Part shown: one piece after another, positions 12,332-23,062 of the stretch | How the letters are laid out: the number at the start of each line of letters is the position of its first letter | Position numbering within the stretch: the stretch's first letter is position 1 | Source: the human T2T-CHM13v2.0 reference genome, Homo sapiens | Length of the DNA: 64,000 bases | Strand: one strand, 5' to 3' | Assembly: GCF_009914755.1 (NCBI RefSeq) | Contig: NC_060932.1 | Position numbers and translations under genes: made by a program | Notes under the pieces: generated by a model | What the model saw: only the letters and a program-made list of their open reading frames with translations | What the model was told of the DNA's origin: nothing | The model's database searches: none

Positions 12332-13690
12332 AAATATCAGGCTTTGTTGCTAGATGCTCCTGATATAATTCTTAAACTACGCCAGACTTTGAATCCAGCT
12401 ACCTATTTGCCTGAACCCACAGGCACCCTAGATCATTCTTGTATACAAGTTATGGAGCAAGTTTACTCCAGCCATCCAGATTTAAATGATGAGCCTCTAG
12501 ATAATCCTGGTTTACAGATGGAAGTAGCTTTGTGCACCAGGGAAACAGGGCAACAAACTGTTAATACAAGGTGCTAATCAGTGGAAAATAGTTCAGCATT
12601 TGCATGACTCTACCCATTTGGGAAGAGAGTCCCTGTTTCAATTAATGTCCCAGCTTTTTATAGGAAAAAGCTTACTTAAAACAGTGAAGCAGATAACTCG
12701 TGCCTGTGAACTATCTGCCCGGAATAACCCAAATAACCAATCTTTACCTCCTCCTCTCGTAAGGCCTGTTCAGCTTAGGGGAACTTACCCTGGTGGAGAT
12801 TGGCAAGTAGACTATACTCAGATGGCCCCATGTAAAGGACTTAAATATTTGTTAGTATTTGTTGACTCCTTTGCCGGTTGGATTGAAGCTTTTCCTACCC
12901 GGTCTGAAAAGACAATTGAGGTTTCTAAACTCTTATTAAAGGAAATGCTTCCTAGATTTGGGCTGCCTAAAAGCTTACAGATCGATAATGGCCCATCTTT
13001 CACAGCGACAATTATCCAAAACACATCTTCAGCCCTAAGAATTCAGTACTGCCTTTACTCAGCATGGAGGCCACAGTCTTCAGGCCTCCTGAAGTAGTGA
13101 TTAGCAGAAAGAGCTAATCAAACTCTAAAAAAGACTCTTGCCAAACTATGCCAAGAGACATCAGAAACCTGACTGTCTTTATTACCTGTGGCCTTATTAT
13201 GGGTTCGAGTGGCCCCTAAAGGAAATCTGCAGCTCAGCCCTTTTGAAATTATGTGTGGAAGGCCTTTCTTAACTACAGACCTCCTAATAGACATAGTTAC
13301 TTTCAAGCTACAGAATTATGTGATCAACTTAGGACAAGTGCAAAATAGACTCCTTGAATATGGAAATCAAAAACTCTCTTCCCCCACTAAGGAAGAGAAT
13401 CTTGTTACAACACATCTGGGAGACTGGGTCCTATTAAAAACTTGGAAGGAAAGATCCCCAGAAGATTAACTTTCCCTAATATGGAAGGGACCTTATCAAG
13501 TTCTCCTTAGTACCCCAACTGCACTTAAACTTCTGGGAATAAATAGCTGGGTCCACTTATCTCAAATTAAACCTATCTCTTATGAAGTCCCACAGACCGA
13601 TGGAACACCAGAGAATGATCCCATTTATTCCTGTGAGCCAATCAGTGACCTCCGACTCCTGTTCAGAAGAAATAAAAGGGATGCATAACA
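12332..13690 (+). pseudogene. pol: ERV pol remnant: RT connection end, RNase H N-terminus, integrase
   Basis: KYQALLL...LNPATYLPE (tether); WFTDGSS at 12508-12528; IN HLHDSTH...CELS, WQVDYTQM, LQIDNGPSF, PQSSG...[17 protein letters not shown]. Confidence 0.92.
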
Positions 13691-14944
13691 TAAAGATATG
13701 GATTGACATTTTACTTTTAGGTATAAGCTGAAATCATGCAGAAAGTAACTTATTTACTGAATGGGCATAGACTTTAGCCTTGCTTCATAATCAGACAAAC
13801 TGTTGGGTATGTGGAGAATTGCTACTTTCCTCCACTTCCGGGTTGCCCTGGCATATTCAACAAGCCAAACTAAGGTTGTGGGGATTTTATTATGATTGGG
13901 AAACTGAACATTATAAACATAGCCCCTCTTTTCCCATATATCATAGCCACCTTAGCCCGTTTCCTTCCTATGAAGAGACAAGAAGGCACCTTTTTAATCT
14001 AATTAGAAAACAGCTAAACTCCACCCCAACTTTAGGTTATGCTATATGTAATGAACTTGGGTGAATGACAGCTGTTCAAATGCAGGTATCAGGCAAAGCG
14101 CCTCTGTGTTTTGAAAGGCACAATAATAGTCACCACCAGACAGAAGCCCATGATATGAGATGGCTGTAATTTCAACAATGTAATCAGACCTTCTTCTAAC
14201 AGACCAGATGTGGATGAGGTGGCAAGAAAATTTGCCAAAAATGAATGCCTACCCTTCTCCTTGGGAATGGTTATGGGCTTGTGGAACTCCTGGCTGGTCG
14301 TACTTACCTTATAACTGTACTGGAAGGCGTATATGAGGTTGTCCTTGTCTGCTGGGTTGTATCCTCACCTTATTGGACTCTATCCCGTTTAACTGTGAAA
14401 TTGTAAAAGCTTGCCATAAGCGACAAAAGGGAGGATCTTGGTGGTTCTGTCTGATTGCTATATTTTCCCTACTGGCAGCTGCAGTCAGTATTGAGTTATG
14501 AGTTTAAGTCTTAGCCAAGGACATGGCTGTGGTTTTCAATAATACATCCCATGCCCTTACCTTCCTAACTGAGGAAACTTTTCAGATTAGGCAGGTAGCC
14601 TTACAAAACCCTATGACTTGGACATTTTAACAGTGGCCCAAGGGGGAACTTGTGCTTTGATCAAAACTGAATGTTGTGTGTATGTTCCCGACTATTCACA
14701 TAATTTTACCCAGGCTATGAAAGCTTTAGACACTCACATCTCTGCCATTGATGCACTATCAGTTGACCGTATATAGGCTTGGTTCCAACAACTGCCCAGT
14801 GTTTGGAAAGCATTCCTGTTTAGTTTACTTGGAAGGATTTCACTTATTTTGCTTTGCTGTTGTGGAATATATTGTGGTTATACTCTTTGTGTAAGAATGC
14901 AAAACAAGCTCACTCAATGCTTTCTTAAATTGGACACTTATTAA
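13681..14944 (+). pseudogene. env: ERV env (SU-TM), multiple stops and frameshifts
   Basis: Signal-peptide-like [16 protein letters not shown]; CWVC motif; degenerate furin site KRQK(G); ISD LQN(P)M-LDILTVAQGGTC from 14601; CX6CC CALIKTECC at 14651-14677; hydrophobic TM segment; TAA at 14942-14944. Confidence 0.9.
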
Positions 14945-15147
14945 TCTTCCAGATATCACCTTTTGTCAGAACTCGGAGTTATGAATGACCTTCACCATAC
15001 CAACGCTCTGACTGAGCTTTGCTCTACCCTGAATGCAAGAGACCCTAATAGTTAGGCAGGAATATCATTGCCCCTATTCAGCCTGAAGAAGTTACAGAAG
15101 ATGGATGTTCATCCCTCTGCAACCCTTAGGATTAAGGGTCCTCTTGT

Positions 15148-15162
15148 AAAGGGAGGGGGGGA
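15148..15162 (+). other. Polypurine tract of the provirus
   Basis: aaagggagggggggga lies just before the LTR TG. Confidence 0.9.
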
Positions 15163-15164
15163 TA

Positions 15165-15672
15165 TGTCAGATGCGTTTGAACCAGAGCGACTCCATTTTG
15201 AGTGAGGGCCAGGAAAATGAGGCTGAGACTTGCTGGGCTGCATTCCCAGAAAGTTAGGTGTTCCTAGCCTCTAGATGTTGATGGTTAAAGGAAAAAATTA
15301 ATAATGTTTACTAAAACAGGCCCAGACTTGGGAGTGTCCAGATATCCTGGTATCCGGAGAACAAAGGCATTCCTAATTTTGCTTTAAAGATAATAATATC
15401 GATTCTTGCAAAATATAGTAATTAAGAAAAGTAATCCTTTATCACACAACACATCTCCCCATATACAGCAGCATTGTACCTAGGGTAGACGCATTCCTTC
15501 TCTTACTTTCAGGAACATCCTACTCTGTCTATGGAGAAACTGTCCTTTCACCACTTTACTTTCTAATGAACTTGCTTTTGCTTTGCACTGTGGACTCGCC
15601 CTGAATTGTTTTTTGCACGAGATCCAAGAACCCTCTCTTGGGGTCTGAATCGGGGCCCCTTTTCCTGTAACA
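15165..15672 (+). mobile_element. MER41C/D-type LTR (3' LTR)
   Basis: TGTCAGATGCGTTTGAACCAGAGCGACTCCAT...GAGATCCAAGAACCCTCTCTTGGGGTCTG...CCTGTAACA match MER41 termini; TG...CA ends. Confidence 0.92.
15243..15251. promoter_or_regulatory. GAS (STAT) motif TTCCCAGAA in the MER41 LTR
   Basis: Exact TTCN3GAA match. MER41 family LTRs are known STAT1-bound interferon-gamma enhancers. Function here is untested. Confidence 0.45.
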
Positions 15673-15724
15673 ATGTAAGTCCTTGCCTCATTCTCTCCTT
15701 TGTCAAGGAAATCTAGCTAAGATA
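15673..15724 (+). mobile_element. 3' end of an old ERVL-type LTR (probable host of the provirus)
   Basis: atgtaagtccttgcctcattctc...ggaaatctagctaagata resembles ERVL-LTR ends (compare 42750-42798). Confidence 0.4.
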
Positions 15725-15822
15725 GTTTTGATCTTCATTCGTTCGCCTTTTCCAAGTTCAAGTGTTCTTCTCCCTTTTCTATCTTCTCTGGTAAAAAGCT
15801 TTGTGAAAAGAAAAATAATCAA

Positions 15823-17365
15823 TTTATTTTAATAAACTCTTTAATAACAGTTTTGTATTTATGGAAAAATTGTGAAATTGCACAAAGAGTTCTCACAAAC
15901 CTGTCAAATACCTGTTTCTGGACTGAACTGGGGTCCGCTCACTTGGCACAGTAAAATCAGACAACTACACTAAGGTTTTCAGCAATAGAAAAAAAAAGGC
16001 TTTCGCAGCAGGGTGCCAAGCAAGGAGAACCAGGCAGCTAATGCTCAAATCCTGACTTCCAAAATGGCTTGAAGGCAAGGATTTGTAAAGGTATGTATAC
16101 ATTTCAGGAAAGCAGAAACTACAGGCAAACTCATAAATCAATACATGGAGGTAACTCATTGATTTACACTCAAGAGGGTGGGATACCTTGAAATGGGGGT
16201 TACAAGTCAGAGATAAATTTAACAATTTTCTGATTTGCAATTGGTGAAGGAAGAGAAGATTGTTTACAAAATTTGGGGTAATATTTGCAGAAAAATGTTA
16301 ACTGGGTAGAGGAAGTGACTTGCTCCAAGTCCCTCAGGAAGAAACTTTGAACGAAGAACAATGGTTAAAGTTCAGTCTTCATTGCCTGCTTACCTGGGGT
16401 TGAAGAGCTGGCCCATCTATTTGGTGGGGTTCCTAAGTGGGAGCCTCTGAAAGGCAACTAAGGGACATATGTTAAGATGTTATCTTCAGTTTCTATAGTG
16501 AAAGCAAACATCTATCTCTGCAGCTTTAACTTCCTTGGCTGTTGTTCTTCAGCTACTATTACCTTCTTGTTTAACAATTTACTTAATCACTTCTGGGGCT
16601 AGCTGGATGCCTGGAATTTTTCTTGAAAGAATTTCAGGATTTTTCTTTATTTTTATGCTTGGGATCCTTTCTCCATCTTATACCAATCCAGATTCTCCTA
16701 TTATTTTATTAGTATGGTGCATTTTTTTGCTATTAATGAATGAATGAATATACATTACTATTAACTAAAGTCTTCAGTATATTGGGTATCTATAGTTTTT
16801 ACCTAATACTCTCTCTGTTCCAGGATCCCAACCAAGATGCCTCACTACATTTAGTGGTCATTACACCTTAGACTCGTCAGATTTCTCCATTGTAACATTG
16901 CTTTTCTTCTCTGCTTTCTACACTTTGCTCTTTAGAAGGAAGTCATTATGCATAGCCCACATAGGAGGGATATGCTCCATCTCCTTGAGGCAAAACTATC
17001 TGGATAAATTATTTGAAATTCTTCTGACCAGGAGATTGGTCTATTCTGCCCCATTTGTTTATTTTAGTTATTTATTTATATTACTATGGACTCATGGACA
17101 TTTATTATAGTTTGGGTTGTAATCCAGTATTACTTTATTTTCTTGCACAAGTGGTTTCTTCTTTGAGCATTGGAGCTCTTTCAGTTGTGTTCTGTGTCCT
17201 TTCCACACAACTCCATCATTGTGTGTTATATTACATTGTTACCTTACAAGATGTTCCAGTTTATCTTGTAAAGTTTCTGCCACAGTCTTAAAATCTGCTA
17301 TTTCTCCAAGATGTCCTAGTTCTTTTTATTGGAAAGTGGTGGCAGAAATCAAGGTGTGGGTGTTA
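15823..17365 (-). mobile_element. L1MC-type 3' UTR, split by MER39
   Basis: ttttgtatttatggaaaaattgtg...agagttctc and cattactattaactaaagtc...ctgttccaggatccca...ctacatttagt on either side of the LTR. Confidence 0.75.
15913..16680 (-). mobile_element. MER39 solo LTR
   Basis: tgtttctggactgaactggggtccgctc...cagggtgccaagcaaggagaa...ttcaggaaagcagaaactacaggcaaa...; 4-bp TSD tacc/tacc. Confidence 0.85.
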
Positions 17366-17569
17366 AAATGCTCTGAAAATCTTTTGAATTCCCTTATATT
17401 AATTCAAAAACTGGGTTCCTTTTGTCATTTGCTTTACCTGAGTCTGTCAATCATTCCTCCTTTCAGGGGATGCAGTATCTGTTCCAACTAGTTATCATCG
17501 GTTCTTAGGACCACTTGTTTCCTCCCTCATTCTCACCCTAACTACACTTAATTTTCCTATGAGTGTGCA

Positions 17570-18772
17570 TTTTACCGGTTTGAGAAAATGGAACCAGATG
17601 TGCATAACCATGGAAATCACTGGTTCAACCCTACTCCGTATCACACAGAACTAGCTAGCTTTATGGAATATTGAAATAGGCTTCAAAAAGGTCAGTTAAA
17701 ATGACAGCTTATTTACCTAATGGACATATATTGAACCTAGGCCAGCTGGAAAATCCAGCTCAGCTGATTGGCACAAAGCTCTCCAAACCCTATGTCTAGG
17801 AAAAGGAGGCTTTGGAGTTCTTCTTGGCATAAAAATCAGACTTGCTTCCCTCCCTGTCTGCAAAAGTAGAGACGTAGGCAGTTCCCTGTGAGCCATGTGA
17901 ACACCTCCTGTAGGAGAGCTACTGTACCCAGTGCCTGAACCCACCCACGCCTGTTTTTCTTGCTGCCAGTATTTTCATAAATAAAAACTAAAAATTATAT
18001 TTAAAAGAATAAAATGACAATTTAAGGACAAATTCTGTGGAGTTGGAGTGTTCTTCTCTAGGATTCAGTATATCCAACAAACCAATATCTTATCCTATGT
18101 CCCCATTAGGTAGGAACACAGCTCAAAGAACCAAAGGATGAAATTTGGATGGGTTCATCTTACAATAATTGTAAGTGATCCACTTGTGGAATTTATCTTT
18201 TTCATCCATGCAGCAACCTTAGGCATTGTTCGTTTGGAGGTTCTGGTTCCCAGAGAATAAAACATTTACATGAGGGGATGAATAAGGTTTTCCAGTGGGA
18301 TGTTATTGACCCTGATTGTTATAAAGATCTAGCTTTGTTACTACATTTAGTGATGGGGAGGATTATCCAGGGAACTCAAAGGTACACTGGAGTGTCTTTT
18401 GGTGTTTTTCATGCTCAGTAAAAAGGATGAATGGACAACTGCAGTAAACATGGCCTGCTGAGTGTAGGGCAATTAGAAAATGAAACTTCTCAGGAAAAAA
18501 AGATGTGTGTTACCCTAACAGGAAAACATCTAGATCCACTGAAATTCTGGCTGAAGGCAAGGCACATTTGGAATGGATGGTGGAAATAGAGGATGATGAA
18601 TTGAATCTAAGTTACAGATTTGGGACTAGTTGCCGTAGTAAAGACTAACTTGTTTAATCATTTCATATTGGGTCCTTTGTGAAGACTAAGCTTACTACCA
18701 ACCTAAGGGCTCTGTGATGGCAAGAATCTATTTAGGGTGTAAACTTAGATTCAAGTGGCTCAAGGAATGGAC
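17570..18772 (+). mobile_element. Ancient ERVL internal remnant (ERV3-16A3/HERV16-like integrase and dUTPase-like region)
   Basis: Translates to HNHGNHWFNPTPYHTELASFMEY*NRLQK (cf. HERV-L HAHGIHWSYHVPHHPEAAGLIERWNGLLK), then ...TIIVSDPL...TLGIVRLEVLVP, VIDPD and EILAEGKAHLEWMVE. Confidence 0.8.
17712..18010 (+). pseudogene. Probable 5'-truncated processed (retroposed) mRNA 3' end, source unknown
   Basis: Interrupts the ERVL IN frame; AATAAA at 17980-17985; decayed A-rich tail; TSD aaaatgacagctta / aaaatgacaattta at a TT/AAAA site. Confidence 0.65.
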
Positions 18773-19196
18773 TGTGTTAGACTTCTTTGATAGATTTCTT
18801 GGTTAGATTTCTGTCTCTGATGACCTCACTGAGCTTCAATTAAACAATGGATTTCTTGCTTACTCGCTAGGAACTTTCTGGTACTGTCATGTAGGATGCT
18901 TGAAGGAGCCCACTCAGCCTTCCTGGTGCATGATCAAACCTTGATCCAATTTGGCAATGGAGCTCCATTGAGTTTCTGGTTGGCAATTACGGCAATAGTA
19001 TGTTTCAGAAGATCCCGGAAAAATCTAGTTCCCATTACACAGGGGTGACCCTGGTATCTCACCCTTATATTAGCTTTACCTCCTGCACTGTCTTACTCTG
19101 TCAGCTTCTCACTCTGCTTGGCTTACCTGCCACATAAACTGCCTGCTCAAATGCCCTGCATCATGTTCTGCTTTTGTGGTAATCCAAATTAAAACA
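18773..19196 (+). mobile_element. LTR16-family ERVL LTR (3' LTR of the ERVL remnant)
   Basis: Preceded by aaggaatggac (ERVL PPT-like); ends cacataaactgcctgctcaaat...ttctgcttttgtggtaatccaaattaaaaca. Confidence 0.7.
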
Positions 19197-20164
19197 GATG
19201 GGCAGATCTGCAGTGGCCTGAGGGAAAGAGATAGAAAATTTCATGAGTAAAGAACTTGACATTATAATAAAAAATCTCACTGTAGATTAAGCACTGGGTT
19301 CTAAATTTTTTTTTCCAAATTCCATTGTGTGGGTAGTTTTTTTCCTCCTTTTTTCTCATTCTTCCCTCCACAAATTTTTTAAGTTCCAATTAAAACTCAG
19401 GCACTATATAACAAAATCTGGGGAATAATGAACTTAATGAGCTTATGAGGTCTTGGTATGATTAAGAGACCTATGGAATGCTCTGTATGTGTGCATGTGT
19501 CTCCACAATGCATTCACTGCACCCACATGTACTGAGAGCTTGGTGATGGAAGTGGACAGTACCGGGAATCTTATTAGAGATGACTTTCAGATCTTCTCCC
19601 ATATGCTCTTGGGTTCATATTAAAGGGCTAGGCATGATCACAAGGCAGCTGTGTGACAGCAAGAATTACTTGGCTGTTACTAAATTGCTCTCACCAGAGA
19701 GACTGAACCACTGAGACACACATGAGTTGAGGTATTCCCCATTATCCCTGATGAGACACCTGAGGCCTAACAATTCCCTCTGCCTTCCAAGCAGGCTCCC
19801 TGCAATCCCCTGCCCTGCCTAGATCACTTAGGCTCATTAGCCTCCAAAATGTGACCATGATGCAGAATCATCAGTGGCTTTGAAATAAACTAACAAGGAA
19901 ATTATTCTTATGGTTTTCTATATTCTTCAGAGTCAGCAATTGACTTGCAATCAATCAACAGCATTAAGAACCAGCGTCAGATGCACTGACATTTAGCAAG
20001 TGGGAAGAAGCATTTGACCAACTGAAGGCATTTCCAGGGGTGCTGTGGCCATGTCAAAGCAGATGAACATGAAGATGCACACACATGTGGCAGAACATGC
20101 TTATGGATCTGCACACACACACATGTGTACCCACATGCACACACATACATTTTGCTTTCTGTTC

Positions 20165-20630
20165 TAGTGGGAGAGAGTATAGTGATGTGGAAAAGAGCAT
20201 CAGCCCTGGGGAGAAAGTGCCTCGGTCTGAAAACTCATGTGACCCTTTAGTAGGTGAATTTGGAGATAATGTTAAATAAGTCACTGGTTTCTATGAGGAT
20301 TAAAAAATATTATTTATAAAAGATACATTGTAGATGTAGATGCTTACAGGTGATAAATACTATTGTAACTGAATTGAAATGTGTTTCACACGTCACATGA
20401 TGGTATAAAAAGATGGATGACAGGGAGAAAGATGAAATCTTGAAATAAATACAGTAAGTAAACCAGCAGAAGATGAGACACTTTTATCCAGAAACCCAGA
20501 GGTCTAGAGGAGAATTTCACCCAGTACCAGGTGCCAGGGAACCTAATTTTGTTTTTCATTTTGCCAACTGATAACATCTGTTGCGCTTTCTCAGGGTTTC
20601 AATTTTTCCTGAAAATGGGGACATTGTACC
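20165..20630 (+). mobile_element. Degenerate MIR fragments
   Basis: agtatagtgatgtggaaaagagcat, atgaggattaaa, ctcagggtttcaatttttcctgaaaatgggga. Confidence 0.45.
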
Positions 20631-20859
20631 TTATGTTTTCCTCTTCTTATTTGTCTTTTCTATTCTAGTCTGGTTAGATGAATCCCATTTTCCTTAAAGC
20701 GCTGTTTCAAGTGTCTTGTTCTCTGAGAATTATTTCCCAGCTTGTGGCTCTCTGGGTCATTCCCCCTTTGACTTCCAGTAGCAGCTATGGCCTGCTCCAC
20801 CACCCATGGAGCTCTTCTGTGGGTACTTCGTTAAGGCACATAAAGAAAAAAGGTCTCTC

Positions 20860-20975
20860 TAAGAAGGCTGTAAGCACGTAGAGGGCTGGATCTTATTTAT
20901 CTTCACATCTCTTATGCTGAGTATAAGCCTTCATGTATAATAGGGACTTCATGAATGATTTATTTTGCTATTGAT
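20860..20975 (+). mobile_element. L2 3' end fragment
   Basis: ctgtaagcacgtagagggctggatcttatttatctt...atagggacttcatgaatgatttatt. Confidence 0.45.
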
Positions 20976-21502
20976 GATGATGATGATGGTATCTCCAAGA
21001 TATATTGTGCTATTAACAACACCCTTTGAAGCCTTCTCAATGAAATCTCCATGGAGATGAGTAAAGGGCACACATCTACATTATTAACTGCCATTAATAC
21101 AATAAAATTTCTTAGTTTTATATGGTACTTAATAGGATTTCTCTCATCTCACATAGTATCTCCAACAAAAACATTAATAATAAGCTCCTTAGATATCCCC
21201 ATGAGGTAGAAAAAAAAGTTACGTTATTCCTATTGGACAGATAATAACTAACATTGAATGAGGGTTGACTGTATTCTGGGTGCCGTTTTAAATGTTTTTC
21301 ATATGAAAACTCATTTAATCTTTATAACAACCTGATCAAATGGGTACTATTATTATGAGTTTTATTTTACAGATAGAGGAAGTCAGATGCAAGAGGTAGA
21401 TTACATTTTGTACACAAGCATTTACCTCCTTTCATGTAAGAGGACCAGGGATCCCTGCCCTTTGCTGTTTGACTTGTTTATCCTTCATATGAAGGGAATA
21501 TG

Positions 21503-23062
21503 CAGTCATGTGCCACTGATGAACTGCAACTAGGACAGTGGTCCCATAAGATTTTCATGAAGCTGAAAAATTCCTGTTGCCTAGTGCTGTCGTAGCCAAC
21601 ATAATGTGGTACTGTAATGTGTTACTCACATTTGTGGTGATGCTCATGTAGACAAACCTATTGCATTGCCAGTCTTATAAAAGTCTAGCACATGCAATTC
21701 TGTACAGTATGTAATTCTTGATAATGATAAAAAATGACTGTTACTGGCTTACATGTTTGCTATACTTGTTATCATTATGTTAGACTGTACCCTTTCAACT
21801 TATTGAAAAACAGTTATCTGTAAAACAGCCTCAGGCAGGTCCTTCAGGAGGTTTCTCAGAGGAAGGCATGGTTGTCAGAAGAGATGACAGCTCCATGTGT
21901 ATTATTGTCCTGAGGACCTTCCAGAGGGACAAGAGGTGGAGGTGAAAGACAGGGATATTGATGATCCTGACCCTGTGTAGGCCTATGCTAATGTATATGT
22001 GGGTGTGTGTCTTAGTACTTAACAAAAAAAGTTTAAAAAGTAAAAAAAAAAAAAAAAATTAAAACATAGAAAACGTTAAAAATAAGAATATAAAAGAAAG
22101 AAAACATTTTTTGTACTGTTGTACAACGTATTTGTGTTTTAAGGTAATTATTATTAGAAAACAGCCAAAAGGTTAAAAAAAAATTATAAAGTAAAAAAGT
22201 CATAGTAAGCTAAGGTTAATTTATAGAAGAAAGAAAAATATTTTTTATACATTTAGTGTAGCCTAAGTGTAGTGTTTGTAAATTCTATAGCAGTGTACAG
22301 TAATACCCTAGGCCTTCACATTCACTCACCCATTGCATTAGTCTGTTCTCACATTGCTATGAATGAGAGCTACCTGAGACTGGGTGATTTATGAAGAAAA
22401 GAGGTTTAATTTACTCACAGTTCTGCAGGCTGTACAGGAAGCATGGCTGAGGAGGCCTTAGGAGAGTTATGATCATGGCGGAAGGCACAGGGGAAGCAGG
22501 CACATCCTACATGGCTGGAGCAGGAGGAAGAGAGAGAAGAGGGAGATGCTACATACTTTTAAACCAGATCTCCTGAGAACTCATTAGCACAAGAACAACA
22601 AGGGGGAATTCTGCCCTCATGATCCCATCACCTCCCATCAGGCCCCTCTTCCAACAATGGGGATTACAATTCAACATGGGATTTGGGCAGGGACTCAAAT
22701 CCAAATGATATCACTACTCATCCACTGACCCTCCCAGAGCAACTTGCACTCCTGCAAGCTCCATTCATGGTAAGTGCCCTGGACAGGTGTATTATTTTCT
22801 ATCTCTTATACTGTACTTTTACTGTACCTTTTCTATGCTTAGATGAACAAATACTATTGTATTCCAATTGCCTACAATATTCAGTACAGTATCATGCTGC
22901 ACAGGTTTGATAGGAGCAAAAGGCTCTACCATACAGCCTAGGTGTATAGTAGGCTACACCATTTACAGTTGTGTAAGTACACTCAGATGTTTGTACAATG
23001 ACAAAATTGCCTAATGATGCATTTCTGAGAATATATCCTCATTGTTAAGTGACACCTGATGG
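21503..23062. mobile_element. Tigger3b-like (TcMar-Tigger) non-autonomous DNA transposon
   Basis: Termini cagtcatgtgcc... / ...gttaagtgacacctgatgg followed by TA; internal ggtcccataagat...ctgaaaaattcct and cagcctcaggcaggtccttcaggagg. Confidence 0.85.
22334..22713 (-). mobile_element. MSTA solo LTR inside Tigger3
   Basis: tgcattagtctgttctcacattgctat...aaatccaaatgatatca. Confidence 0.9.

Larger units (their letters stand above)
9706..15672 (+). mobile_element. Class I (gamma-like) ERV provirus, PRIMA41-like internal region with MER41C/D-type 3' LTR; no 5' LTR
   Basis: Collinear gag-pro-(deleted RT)-RNase H remnant-IN-env-PPT-LTR. The left boundary is inferred. Confidence 0.85.

Noticed and set aside
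13681-14944. Domesticated syncytin-like env
   Set aside because: Multiple in-frame stops, frameshifts (one inside the ISD) and a mutated furin site.
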